DNA of 43,608 nt from Gemmatimonadota bacterium. GTDB lineage: Bacteria; Gemmatimonadota; Gemmatimonadetes; Gemmatimonadales; Gemmatimonadaceae. The notes beneath the pieces are model-generated. The model had not been told where the DNA came from, made no database searches, and worked only from the letters and a program-made list of their open reading frames with translations. Of the stretch, positions 1 to 9,543 are shown piece by piece; position 1 is the stretch's first letter; the number at the start of each line of letters is the position of its first letter. The DNA lies in assembly GCA_040389905.1 (NCBI GenBank), contig JAZJZK010000037.1, positions 1-43,608 of the forward strand. The letters run 5' to 3'. The position numbers and the translations under genes are program-made.

Positions 1-1
1 C

Positions 2-1102
2 TGGCCTGCGGCCGATTTCTTATCCAAATTCACCCACTCGATCGGGAGAAGACCCATAATTGAAGATACCATTGCTACCTCAACCATTGAGGGCTGCAGC
101 TTGGGACTGGTGGTACAGTCCGGATCTACGCGTGGCTTCATAACGGCCTCCCACTGTCAGGGGCCCGGGGGGATGTGGACGCTGAATACGGGACTCCCGA
201 TGTGGCAGCATGAGAATCCATATGTTGCCGGATATGAGAGCATCGACCCGGCGCCATATTGGAATGGAAATAGGTGGGAGCGGAACAGTGACGCCTCGTT
301 TTTTCCTCTCGCAAGCGGCGTCGTCGGGCACCGAGGTGGGATCTTGAAGACGACGGATCGCAGGTCCGCGCTCTCTGGGGAGTCGCTCACCACGGTCGGG
401 GGCAGCCATGCTTATATCAATATGGTCGGCTGGGGTACTCCGGTATATGGCGGAGCGCTCGAGAAGATTGGCAAGACATCGGGATGGACATACGGAACAG
501 TTACCAATACCTGCTACAACACCAATCTTGACGAGACCCACAACGGCCAAGGTACAACCCTAATGTGCTCGACACTCGCGACAACGGTCTCGGGCCTAGG
601 CGATAGTGGAGGGCCCGCGTTCTACTGGGATGGCGAAGACGGGGGGGTGTTCTATGGTCTCGTGACTGGCATGAGCGGCGGCTACGGCGTTTACTCAACA
701 AACGGGATTCAGACCGATCTCGGTACACTCAACGTCGTAACGGACATAACAATCGGTACGCCGAGTCCAACTGGAAGTGTTGTCAGCGGGTATCCACATC
801 TGGCGTGGGACTCTGTGTCGGTTTCTGGATCGAGCCTCACGACCAGTTACCGGGTGTATAAGTGGGCGTGGGATGCATCAATAGACTCTTGGACGCAGCA
901 GGGGCAGCTCGTTCAATCGAGTACTTCGCGCACTTTTGATGAAGCAGTGTCTGTCAACGCGTATGTGGGAAATAGTGCGCCCGATCCGTGTACGTACAGT
1001 TTTGTATACTACATTGTTCGCGCGTACAACAACGGTGTATCTACCAGTAGCGATATATTCGCATTTCGAGGAGCAGCGAACGGTACACCCCCGTGTAGCT
1101 GA
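2..1102 (+). CDS. S1 (alpha-lytic/trypsin-like) serine protease with C-terminal Fn3/Ig-like domain, 5' partial
   Basis: Frame is open from position 2. Motifs GCSLG..GFITASHC (catalytic His), NSDAS (probable Asp) and GLGDSGGP (catalytic Ser). C-terminal beta-rich segment (SYRVYKW..YYIVRAYN). Confidence 0.85.
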   Translation, partial: WPAADFLSKFTHSIGRRPIIEDTIATSTIEGCSLGLVVQSGSTRGFITASHCQGPGGMWTLNTGLPMWQHENPYVAGYESIDPAPYWNGNRWERNSDASFFPLASGVVGHRGGILKTTDRRSALSGESLTTVGGSHAYINMVGWGTPVYGGALEKIGKTSGWTYGTVTNTCYNTNLDETHNGQGTTLMCSTLATTVSGLGDSGGPAFYWDGEDGGVFYGLVTGMSGGYGVYSTNGIQTDLGTLNVVTDITIGTPSPTGSVVSGYPHLAWDSVSVSGSSLTTSYRVYKWAWDASIDSWTQQGQLVQSSTSRTFDEAVSVNAYVGNSAPDPCTYSFVYYIVRAYNNGVSTSSDIFAFRGAANGTPPCS

Positions 1103-1109
1103 TTGAGAA

Positions 1110-1147
1110 CGACGCGAGAAGGATACGGTGCGTGCCTTCTCGCGTCG
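1110..1147. terminator. Hairpin between convergent genes, possible terminator
   Basis: 13-bp perfect stem CGACGCGAGAAGG / CCTTCTCGCGTCG just after the protease stop; no U-tract. Confidence 0.45.
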
Positions 1148-1263
1148 GCGCCAACGGCAGCTCTCTGTCGTGGATGGGCGTAGCACAAGCGAATGCCTTC
1201 GTAGGGTGTGGGATTTGCAACCCGGGCTGAGGGAATGCCGTGAGTCGAACGGCTGCCGCAAAG

Positions 1264-1889
1264 CTAGGGAGCGTGCATCGCCAGACTCTCGGTTGTGACG
1301 CCAGAGAAAGGTCTGGACTGAGCCCCATCAATGTGCAATCGCAAGTAGATCTGATACTGCGGAAGTGCGATGAAATCCTCTGCTGTAAATAGCGGTGCGA
1401 ACTCCTTTGCCAAGTATCCCGCATCCGCCGCGCCCACGCGGAATGCCACGATGCTCCCCACATTACCAAACACAGCATCCCTGATCTCGGCCTCAAGCTG
1501 AGACAGGTGCTGGTGTGCGAGTATCATCGAGACGCGATACTTCCGGAGCTCGGAGAGCATGTTTGCGAGTGAGTGAGTCGTGAACGTCTGGAACTCATCG
1601 AGGTAGACGAAGAAGTCTTGCCGCTCCCTTTCGTCCTGCTCACTTCGTGAAATGCCCGCGAGCGCGATATGCGAAAGCAGAAATGAGCCGATCGTCGTGG
1701 CTGGTCCCTCGCCAATCCGCCCCTTATCCATGTTCGCGAGCAGGATCCTCCCGCTATCCATCGCCCGTCTGAGGTCGATCTCGTCTCCTGGCTCAGTGAG
1801 GAAGCGGAGCAGGGTGGGATCAGTGAGCAGCGCTCCCAGCTTGTTCTGGAGCGGCGCCGTCACCACCGCTCGGAACGCCGGCGAATAGT
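1264..1889 (-). pseudogene. C-terminal fragment of a VirD4/TraD-like (type IV coupling protein / HerA-FtsK superfamily) ATPase, truncated by IS21
   Basis: APLQNKLGALLTDP, Walker B VYLDEFQ, LSELRKYRVSMILAHQ and GNVGSIVAFRVG are present. The frame runs into the IS end at 1890; Walker A and the N-terminus are absent. Confidence 0.85.
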
Positions 1890-1937
1890 TGTGCGTTCTC
1901 TAAATTCTGTCACCGTTTTTCTCTAAATTCTGTCACC
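1890..1937. repeat. IS21 terminal inverted repeat (istB end) with two transposase-binding repeats
   Basis: TTCTCTAAATTCTGTCACC at 1896-1914 and 1919-1937. Confidence 0.9.
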
Positions 1938-1952
1938 CTCGGCTGAGGGCGG

Positions 1953-2777
1953 TTAGCCAGCGGTCGCGCGACGGGAAGTAGCCTCCTCGGTGAGATGTTT
2001 GGTCCGGTACGAGCGGCCGCGCAGCGCGAAATGCACGCCCCGCTCGAGCAGGCGATCCAGGATTGCCTCGGCGAGGTCGCCATCACGCACGACATCGCCG
2101 AGGGACGCCAGCGGTTTGTTCGTGGTGAGCAGGATCGGCCGGCGCTGCAGATAGCGGTCGTTGATGACGCGATAGAGCACGTTGGCCGCGTCCGCCGCGT
2201 GCGAGAGATAGCCCAGCTCGTCGATGACCAGCACGTGCGGGTGCAGAAAGGGCGTGAGCGCCGCCTCGAGCCGGCCTTTGTGCGCCGCCCGCGATAGCTC
2301 GCCGATCAAGACATCCGCCCCGACGAAGCGGGCCTCGTAGCCATGTTGGATGGCACGATACGCGATCGCGATGCAGAGATGCGACTTGCCCGTCCCACTG
2401 GGGCCGGAGAAGATGGCATTCTTCCCCTCGCTCACGAGGTCGGGGCTGAGATAGCTCCCCAGCATCTGGAGTTTGAGCGCCGTTTGAAAGGTGAAGTTGA
2501 AATCATCGATCGTCCGCAGAAAGGGGAAGCGCGCCTTGTGGACGGCGCGCGTGAGCCGCGTTTCCGTGCGATGCGCGATCTCTTCCGCGATGAGCGTTTC
2601 GAGATAGGTGTGGTAGCTCATGCCCTCGCCTTCCGCGCGCGTCGCGAGATCACTGTAGAGGCGGCGCACGGTCGGCAGATGCAGGCGGCGCAGCATGCCG
2701 TCGAGGTCATGGACCGGCGCGGGCGGTGGGGCGGGCGCACGGCGCTGCCGCTTCGGCGTGGGACGGGCGCGCGTCAT
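1953..2777 (-). CDS. istB: IS21 helper AAA+ ATPase
   Basis: Walker A GPSGTGKS, Walker B VIDELG, AILDRL, GRSYR. ATG at 2777 overlaps the istA stop (ATGA). Confidence 0.95.
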   Translation of the reverse strand: MTRARPTPKRQRRAPAPPPAPVHDLDGMLRRLHLPTVRRLYSDLATRAEGEGMSYHTYLETLIAEEIAHRTETRLTRAVHKARFPFLRTIDDFNFTFQTALKLQMLGSYLSPDLVSEGKNAIFSGPSGTGKSHLCIAIAYRAIQHGYEARFVGADVLIGELSRAAHKGRLEAALTPFLHPHVLVIDELGYLSHAADAANVLYRVINDRYLQRRPILLTTNKPLASLGDVVRDGDLAEAILDRLLERGVHFALRGRSYRTKHLTEEATSRRATAG

Positions 2778-4195
2778 ACGACGGCCTCCGTCGATGCGCC
2801 GCTGCGGGCGACGAGCCGCACGACATACTCCGATCCGATCAGCCGCTGAAAGAGCGCCCGCTGTAACACCAGGCGGAAGGCGCCATCGCCGAATTCTTCG
2901 AGCAGGGCGAAGAGGCGTTCGACATCGCCCTTCCACGTATAGGGCCGTTGGTGAATGAGCTCCGTGAGGTACGCCTCACCGACCGGCCCGAGTTCCAAAA
3001 TCCGCTCCCGCATGAAGTACAGCCGCTTCCGCGAGCCTGCGACGGCGGCGAGTTGCGCGGCCCGCTGGCCCGGCAAGTAGCTGACGCTGCCCTGCGTGGG
3101 AAAGCGCGGATGGACGGCCTCGTGCTTACTCCCCGCCGTGACGATCTTCACGCGCGTCGGATAGAGCCAGAGGGTCGCCGGTAAGCCACACGCGCCGGCC
3201 GGCATGGCATAGCGCACGCCCTGATGCGTGACCATCGCCGTGGGACCGACCGTGACGGCCACGCACAGCCCGTACTCACTCGGTGCGACGGCGAGTGGCT
3301 TCATGCGTGCCTGCTCTGCCGGCAATCGGGTGGCAGGGAGCTCCTTCGTCGCGCGATTGGGCCGCGTCGTGTTCACCTCGGTCAGCCATTCGGTGAGCTG
3401 CTGCGGGAGATCCGTCGTCAGATCGGTGAAGCGACGTGCCCGAACAAAGGCGCGCTTCACGTAGCCGACGAGATTCTCCACCGCCCCCTTCTGCTGCGGC
3501 TGGCGGGGCGTGCACAGCTCAATCGTAAACCCGTAGTCGATCGCGACCGGGGCGAGCACCGCATTCCACACCGGCCGGCCCTCGTCGTGCCGGATGACCA
3601 CCGTCTTCGGATTGTCGAACACGACGCGGAGCGGCACCCCACCCGATGCCGCGAAACTATCGAGCAGACTCCGGATCAACGCCTCGACGCGCTCGTTCGG
3701 CACGACGACGACGTGCATCCAGCGCGAGTACTTGAGGCGGTACGCCGCGAAGTGGATGGTGCGACGACTGCCCTCGGTGAGCCGCACACTGACCTGGCCG
3801 AAATCGAATTGCGCAAACTCACCGGCCACCCCTTCAAACCGCACGAGCAGCGCGGCCGGCATCGTCGCGCGCGTGGCGGCCAGCACGCGATACACCGTAC
3901 TCAGACCGACCGGGGTGCCCTCGTCGGTGAGCAGTCGGCAAATCTCGCCGGGCGGCCGCTCCGGATCCTCCACCAGCAGGGCCTGCACGCGGGCCCGAAT
4001 CGCGTCGGTGATACGCGGCCGGCCGATCGCGCGGGTGCGCCGCGCCGCGTCGTCGTCGCCGGTCTCCACCCGCCCCTCGCGAATGATCCGTCGCACGGTG
4101 CGGAGACACACCCCGAACTGCCTGGCAATTTCACGCGCGGTGACCTTCGCGCGGACCAACTCCTGAACGGCATGTCGATCCAACATCCTGAGCAT
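2774..4195 (-). CDS. istA: IS21 DDE transposase
   Basis: N-terminal HTH and the DDE motifs AQFDFG, VVFDNPK, KGAVE. Confidence 0.95.
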   Translation of the reverse strand: MLRMLDRHAVQELVRAKVTAREIARQFGVCLRTVRRIIREGRVETGDDDAARRTRAIGRPRITDAIRARVQALLVEDPERPPGEICRLLTDEGTPVGLSTVYRVLAATRATMPAALLVRFEGVAGEFAQFDFGQVSVRLTEGSRRTIHFAAYRLKYSRWMHVVVVPNERVEALIRSLLDSFAASGGVPLRVVFDNPKTVVIRHDEGRPVWNAVLAPVAIDYGFTIELCTPRQPQQKGAVENLVGYVKRAFVRARRFTDLTTDLPQQLTEWLTEVNTTRPNRATKELPATRLPAEQARMKPLAVAPSEYGLCVAVTVGPTAMVTHQGVRYAMPAGACGLPATLWLYPTRVKIVTAGSKHEAVHPRFPTQGSVSYLPGQRAAQLAAVAGSRKRLYFMRERILELGPVGEAYLTELIHQRPYTWKGDVERLFALLEEFGDGAFRLVLQRALFQRLIGSEYVVRLVARSGASTEAVV

Positions 4196-4268
4196 CCTCC
4201 TCGGGCCTCCGGTGATCGGGATTCAGATCCCAGCGCGGAAGCCCTAACGAAACAGGGAGGCCCTCAGG

Positions 4269-4316
4269 GGTGACAGAATTTAGAGAAAATGGGTGACATC
4301 TTTTAGAGAACGCACA
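4269..4316. repeat. IS21 terminal inverted repeat (istA end)
   Basis: GGTGACAGAATTTAGAGAA at 4269-4287 and GGTGACATCTTTTAGAGAA at 4292-4310, ending CGCACA. Confidence 0.9.
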
Positions 4317-4541
4317 CCGCACCGTGGCGCGACCGTCACGCCTCTCTTCGGCGATTGATACTGTACGGGGCATGGATCTGCGCAAAAAGTATGAGAACAG
4401 CAGGGGTCTGCGGCCAGCTAACGCGTGTTCTGTGACCGCGATGAAATTGTTCAGTCGTCACGCCAATGACTCACCACGACGTGCAGAGAGTATCAACTCT
4501 CAGGCGGCTGAGGAGTAGATCCCGATCTCAATTCGCACCTA

Positions 4542-4799
4542 CTACGTCTTCGCAGGCCGGGGTAGAAGGGAGTCGAGCTCAACACCGTAGGCCTCCACGA
4601 ATTGGAGTATTTCTACGGCATCAACTCGACGTTCGCCCGTCTCAATTTTCGCGACATAGGACTGAGGCCGGCCAATCCGTTCTGCGGCTTCGCGCTGATT
4701 CAACCCCGCCGCTTCGCGAGCGCGAACGAGGTTTCGACAAAGCTCCTCTCGAAGCTTTGGCCACCGTGCTCGCGACGAGCGGCGATCCCCTGGTGCCAT
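4542..4799 (-). CDS. XRE/Cro-family helix-turn-helix regulator
   Basis: LVRAREAAGLNQREAAERIGRPQSYVAKIETGERRVDAVE is a classic HTH_3 signature. Start codon chosen at ATG 4799. Confidence 0.85.
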   Translation of the reverse strand: MAPGDRRSSRARWPKLREELCRNLVRAREAAGLNQREAAERIGRPQSYVAKIETGERRVDAVEILQFVEAYGVELDSLLPRPAKT

Positions 4800-4878
4800 A
4801 GGCATGCACCTTGACACCCAAATCGGTTTGATACCAATTTAGGTTCACAGTTCGATCATCGTTCAATCGGGGGTCGCT

Positions 4879-5076
4879 TTGCCTACTGAATACGCCGAAG
4901 AAATGAGGGCCAGAGCACAAGAACGGATTCGCCGACGTCGCGAGAAAGAGGACGTTGGCGCGGTTCTCGACGCCTACATGAGGACCATGTTCGACGCATT
5001 CATGCGGCGCGTTGAAAGAAAACGTGCGGAGGAGGCGGGAACGGATTGCGGTCCGGAGGGTACCGAGGGTAGCTAA
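4879..5076 (+). CDS. Small basic helical hypothetical protein, divergent from the XRE gene
   Basis: 65-aa ORF with helical, charged composition; no recognised motif. Confidence 0.4.
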   Translation: MPTEYAEEMRARAQERIRRRREKEDVGAVLDAYMRTMFDAFMRRVERKRAEEAGTDCGPEGTEGS

Positions 5077-5436
5077 CCCGAGGTCCTCGGCCTGAGCGCC
5101 TTGGCCAGAACGGGCGACCGCGCGACTACAAACCATACGAGATTGCAGTTGAGCGAGCTCGTGCGCTCCTGCTCCATCGCGCACGCTGAACCCGCGACGG
5201 GCTCAATGAGGAAGCAGCGGTAGTTGGGCGGAGTCAACGTGAGAATGGCCTCCGTTTCTCCCCTTTCCGTCCACTCGGCTTCCCTTTCCTTGGGTCGATA
5301 TGGCTGCTGAGCGCGGCTACTTTCCCCTCCTGCTCCCACCCACGCTTATCTCGGCGGACTTGGCGCGCCGGCTCGAGTAAGACCACACGGATTTTCTGAA
5401 CTCGGACGTAGGTGTACTTCGGTGCTGGCTCTCCTT

Positions 5437-5685
5437 TTACTGGAACCCGAGCTCACCGTACGAGAACACCTGATCGACCATGACCTGGATCATCTTGGCC
5501 TTGGCGTCGATCTCCTTAACGGCTTCCGCCTTGAGCGCGTCAATCTGTGCGGTCGACGGATACTTGTACTTGATCGAGTCGGCGGCTCCGGCGCCGCCGC
5601 CCCGTTGGGCGATCGCGGTGGGTGCCGCCAAGGCAAGTGCGCAGACGACGAATGATGTAGCGCGACGGAGGGTATTTCGGACCAT
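5437..5685 (-). pseudogene. N-terminal stub (82 aa) of a secreted M20-family amidohydrolase (AbgB-like)
   Basis: Signal peptide, then MVDQVFSYGELGFQ, typical of the M20/AbgB N-terminus, followed immediately by TAA. The rest of the gene is not found downstream. Confidence 0.75.
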
Positions 5686-5767
5686 CGAACGGCTCCAGTA
5701 CGGGTGGCGGGAACGGCAGACCAGATCGGGAGAATATGTGCGCATGATCAGCCCTGCACGAGGCTCG

Positions 5768-5837
5768 AGGTGCGGGCCCTTCACTTCGTTCCCTTCGTCG
5801 CTGCGCTCCTCGACGGCAGGCAGGCGACACAACGAGC
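5768..5837. repeat. REP-like repeat, type B (expanded form)
   Basis: GTGCGGGCCCTTCACTTCGTTC...GGCAGGCAGGCGACACAACGAGC aligns by eye with 14558-14626 and with the reverse complements of 30004-30044 and 33114-33154. Confidence 0.7.
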
Positions 5838-5982
5838 GGACACGCACGGTGACCAGCAGCATGGTGGGAGGGTTCGGCTTATCAGCACCTGTACTGCATA
5901 CTATCTTTTCAACCGAGCAGATGAGGGTGACCCGGGCGTTGAGTGTCCGGAAGACATGATGCCTTGGTCCCTTACTCCCCGT

Positions 5983-7143
5983 ATGGAAGCGCATTCCGCT
6001 GACGCCGTGTTGACGCTTCAGCCCCCGGAACAGGCGGAGCCAGCCGGGGGATCGCTCGTGGTCGCTGTGGAGGCCACCCGCCTGGCGCGCGAAGTACGCG
6101 GTATCGGAAGGTACGTGCGCGCTCTCCTGCCCCGCCTCGTGGCGCTGCGGCCCGGTCTGCAACTCATTCTCTTCGTGAAGCGCCAGGCCGACATCGAGGC
6201 GCTTCAGCCCGGCTTCGACGCGATTCCTGTCATGCGCGGGCGCATTCAGTTCCGGCTCGCCAAGGACATGCACCGGACGGCGGCGGATGTCCACTGGTAT
6301 CCGTGGAACACAGTCGCCAAGGTGCCAGCGCGCGGAGCCGTTGTGGCCACGGTCCACGATATCGTCCCCATCGCGCATCCCGACCCGCGGTTGCGCGGGT
6401 GGCAGAAGAACCTCCGCTGGAGGCGGCGCTACGCGGCAACAGCGAAGCGTTCCACGCTCATCATCGCCGACTCACGCTTCACCGCAGACGAGATCCATCG
6501 CATGCTGGGTGTGCCGTACGACCGCATGCGCGTCGTTCTTCTATCCGCGGACGATTTCCGAATTCCACCGGCCGAGGGCGATGCGGCGACGCTCGCGCGG
6601 CTCGGCGTCACCCAACCGTTCGTGCTCGCTGTCGGCGCTGCCGACCGGCGAAAGAACCTCGCCACGCTGGACCAGGCGATGGCGCGCGTCGTCGAGGCCC
6701 ATCCCGAGCTTCGTCTCGTGCTGGCTGGACCGCGGCGCGACGGGAACTCCGCTGGCGATAGCCCCGCCTGGCGCCAAACGCTCGGCTTCGTGAGCGACGA
6801 CGAGCTCGCCGCACTCTATCGCGGCGCCGAGGTGCTCGTGATGCCTTCGACGTACGAAGGCTTCGGGCTTCCGGTGCTCGAGGCGATGCGACTCGGCACC
6901 CCGGTGATTTGTGCGCAGGCCTCGTCCCTCCCCGAAGTCGGTGGCAACGCGGCGCTCTGGGTAGCCCCAACCAGCGTCGACGCACTCGCCAATGCGATCG
7001 AGCGCGTCGTGTGCGACGAACAGTTGCGCATGCGCCTGAGTGCGGCAAGCGTGGCACAATCCGCGCGATTCAGTTGGGACTCCACGGCGCGCCAGACGAT
7101 CGAAGTGTTCGAAGAGGCCGTCGTGACCGCGAGCTGGAGGTGA
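5983..7143 (+). CDS. Glycosyltransferase family 4 (group 1)
   Basis: RGIGRY, TVHD, RKNL and PSTYEGFGLPVLEAM motifs. Start codon uncertain. Confidence 0.9.
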   Translation: MEAHSADAVLTLQPPEQAEPAGGSLVVAVEATRLAREVRGIGRYVRALLPRLVALRPGLQLILFVKRQADIEALQPGFDAIPVMRGRIQFRLAKDMHRTAADVHWYPWNTVAKVPARGAVVATVHDIVPIAHPDPRLRGWQKNLRWRRRYAATAKRSTLIIADSRFTADEIHRMLGVPYDRMRVVLLSADDFRIPPAEGDAATLARLGVTQPFVLAVGAADRRKNLATLDQAMARVVEAHPELRLVLAGPRRDGNSAGDSPAWRQTLGFVSDDELAALYRGAEVLVMPSTYEGFGLPVLEAMRLGTPVICAQASSLPEVGGNAALWVAPTSVDALANAIERVVCDEQLRMRLSAASVAQSARFSWDSTARQTIEVFEEAVVTASWR

Positions 7144-7148
7144 GGTGA

Positions 7149-7541
7149 ATGATGGTCAGGAAACTGTGTCTGGTTTCGTTGTTGGCTGTGGCAGCGTGCT
7201 CGTACGGTACCACGGCACCGAAGGACGTGACCCTTGGCCAGCCAATTCAACTGGGAATCGACGAAGCGGCACGCGTGCCCGGCGCCGACGTCACGGTGCG
7301 TCTCGTGAGTATCGGTGATTCCCGGTGCCCTTCGGATGTGACCTGTGTGCAGGCCGGTGACGCTGCGGTCCTGCTGACGTTCTCCGGAAACGGGTCGCGA
7401 TCAGAGACCTTATATCTCCGAACGCAGCCGACGTCGACGACCTACGGCTCGTATACCTTCCAACTGGTCGACGTGTCGCCGTACCCGAAGACGACGAACC
7501 CGCGCCCGAACCTCGTGGCGACGCTGAAGGTGACGAAGTAG
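7149..7541 (+). CDS. Lipoprotein, hypothetical (DSRCP..C..AG motif)
   Basis: Lipobox LAVAAC; GAGG RBS upstream. Confidence 0.8.
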   Translation: MMVRKLCLVSLLAVAACSYGTTAPKDVTLGQPIQLGIDEAARVPGADVTVRLVSIGDSRCPSDVTCVQAGDAAVLLTFSGNGSRSETLYLRTQPTSTTYGSYTFQLVDVSPYPKTTNPRPNLVATLKVTK

Positions 7542-7568
7542 GGCTCCTGATACCTGTGGCCTAGTCCG

Positions 7569-8879
7569 TCAGGGCACAGGCTTCTTCCCGTCCATCTCCT
7601 GAATGGTCTTGATGGAGGCCGGCCGCTCGCGCTTGATGCGCGCTGACACGACCTCCACACGCTTCAGCACGCGCAGCACGTTCTCCCCGGCAAGTTTCCG
7701 GAGATCCGCGTCGGACCACCCTCGGCGCGCCAGCTCGGCGAAGAGCATCGGAAACTTGGAAACGTCCTCGAGCCCGACCACGTTCTCGTTGATGCCGTCG
7801 AAATCACTTCCGATGCCGACGTGATCGACGCCAGCGATTTTGCGAACGTGATCGATGTGGTCGGCGACATCGGTCAACTGCGCCTTCGGTCGAGGGTGCG
7901 ACTTGCGCCACGCGTCGAATTCGCGACGTTGCGCGGAGGTGTCGTTCGGGAATCGCCGCTTGAGATCCGCGTTCGTCCGCTCGATCGCGACATCGTCGTC
8001 GAGTACCGCCTTCGACACAAAGCTCGTGACAAACGGAACCATCACCACACCACCGTTCTTCGGAAGACGCCGGAGGATGGAGTCGGGCACGTTACGCAGA
8101 TGACCAACCAGCTCGCGTGACCCGGAGTGCGAGAAAATGACCGGAGCTTCGGTGACGTCGAGCGTATTGCTCATGACGCCCGGCGACACGTGCGACAAGT
8201 CCGGAATCATTCCCAGCCGATTCATCTCGCGCACGACTTCCTTCCCGAATGGCGTGAGCCCACCGTGCTTCGCCGAGTCGAGCGCCGCGTCCGCCCAGTC
8301 GAGCGTGACGTTGTGCGTCAGCGTCATGTACCGTGCGCCGAGGTCGTAGTAGGCACGCAGGAGCTCGAGTGAGTTCTCGATGGCGTGACCACCCTCCATG
8401 CCGATGAGGGATCCGATCTTTTTTGCGGCGAAGGCTTTTCGGACGTCCGCTTCGCTCGTCGCGAGGGTAAGGCGCTCCGGATACTTCGCAATGATGCGGC
8501 GCGCGAGCTGAATTTGCTCGAGTTGGGCGCGGGCGTACCCTGGCGTGCTGGTAACCTTTCCGTTCGGCTTGTACGGCGAGTCGCCCGGTTCACCCGGAAT
8601 GTAGACGGACCAGAACTGTGCACCGACCATGCCTTCTCGCAGCCTCGCGAAGTCAGTCATGCCCGGCGTGCGTTTGCGAAGGTCGTAGGCCTCGATGTCG
8701 TTCGCGTGCATCGTGTCTTCGCGAATGCGCCACGGGAGATCGTTATGCCCGTCAACGAGCGGGGTAGAGCGCAGTACAGCCTTCGCGCGCGCGAGGTACG
8801 GATCGGGTTTTTGTGCAGCCACGGGATGCAGAGGGGCGGCGAACAGGATCGCCGCTACGACGAGAATTGAAGTGCGCAT
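7569..8879 (-). CDS. Membrane/renal dipeptidase family M19, secreted
   Basis: Signal peptide; DGHND, EGGH, DLSH, FSHS and GSDFDG motifs. Confidence 0.93.
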   Translation of the reverse strand: MRTSILVVAAILFAAPLHPVAAQKPDPYLARAKAVLRSTPLVDGHNDLPWRIREDTMHANDIEAYDLRKRTPGMTDFARLREGMVGAQFWSVYIPGEPGDSPYKPNGKVTSTPGYARAQLEQIQLARRIIAKYPERLTLATSEADVRKAFAAKKIGSLIGMEGGHAIENSLELLRAYYDLGARYMTLTHNVTLDWADAALDSAKHGGLTPFGKEVVREMNRLGMIPDLSHVSPGVMSNTLDVTEAPVIFSHSGSRELVGHLRNVPDSILRRLPKNGGVVMVPFVTSFVSKAVLDDDVAIERTNADLKRRFPNDTSAQRREFDAWRKSHPRPKAQLTDVADHIDHVRKIAGVDHVGIGSDFDGINENVVGLEDVSKFPMLFAELARRGWSDADLRKLAGENVLRVLKRVEVVSARIKRERPASIKTIQEMDGKKPVP

Positions 8880-8958
8880 CCCCAAAGGTGCGCCAAGGTC
8901 GCCGTGTCTGGCCAGAGGCGGAAACAGCGGGAGGTGCAGACGGCGCCTGCAGGACCTC

Positions 8959-9450
8959 TCAGACCGCGGCCGCCTGATCGCGTCGTCGCTGCACTGCGCT
9001 GTCGACCGCCTGAATCAGTTCCTCGCGCGTCCACGGCTTGACGATGAGACTCTCGGCAGCACCAGCCGACCGGGCGACGGACATGGTTGTGGGGTCAGGG
9101 AGCCCGGTCAGGATGATGCGCGGCGTCGTGGGCGCAACTTCGCGGGCCTTCTTGAGAAAGGTCAGGCCGTGAACGTCGGGCATTCGCAGATCACTGATGA
9201 TCGCGTCGAACGGGCCCGCACTGGCGATCAGCGCGAGCGCGTCGTGTGCCGTCTGCGCAATGTGCAAGTCGTACCGAACCCCCAACTGGCGCTTGAGGAG
9301 CTTCAGCACTTTCGGGTTGTCGTCCACGCACAGGACGCGCGGTCGCACGTCGTCAACCGCCGTTTCGTCGTGATCGCTCCCAGTGCCCGTCATGGCTTGG
9401 CTGATGCGCTGAACGGGCTTCCTGATCCAGTCGGGGACGATGTTTCCCAT
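8959..9450 (-). CDS. Stand-alone response regulator receiver protein
   Basis: VLCVDD, IISDLRMP (phospho-Asp), IILTG, VKPW. Confidence 0.88.
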   Translation of the reverse strand: MGNIVPDWIRKPVQRISQAMTGTGSDHDETAVDDVRPRVLCVDDNPKVLKLLKRQLGVRYDLHIAQTAHDALALIASAGPFDAIISDLRMPDVHGLTFLKKAREVAPTTPRIILTGLPDPTTMSVARSAGAAESLIVKPWTREELIQAVDSAVQRRRDQAAAV

Positions 9451-9543
9451 CGGTCGCTCTCGTGAAAGTGTCAGCGCCGGCAGGAAGGGGTCCGGGCCTG
9501 CCTATAGCATCGACACACCCCGGTTTTTGTTAACACCCGGCGT

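Larger units (their letters stand above)
1890..4316 (-). mobile_element. IS21-family insertion sequence (2427 bp)
   Basis: istA/istB pair. Termini TGTGCGTTCTCTAAA...TTTAGAGAACGCACA (TG..CA) with duplicated subterminal repeats. Confidence 0.95.

Noticed and set aside
3224..4273. 349-aa plus-strand ORF within the IS
   Set aside because: Antisense to istA; no recognisable domain.
5437..6378. 313-aa minus-strand ORF as a complete gene
   Set aside because: Only the last 82 codons look coding; the rest is antisense to the glycosyltransferase and crosses a repeat.
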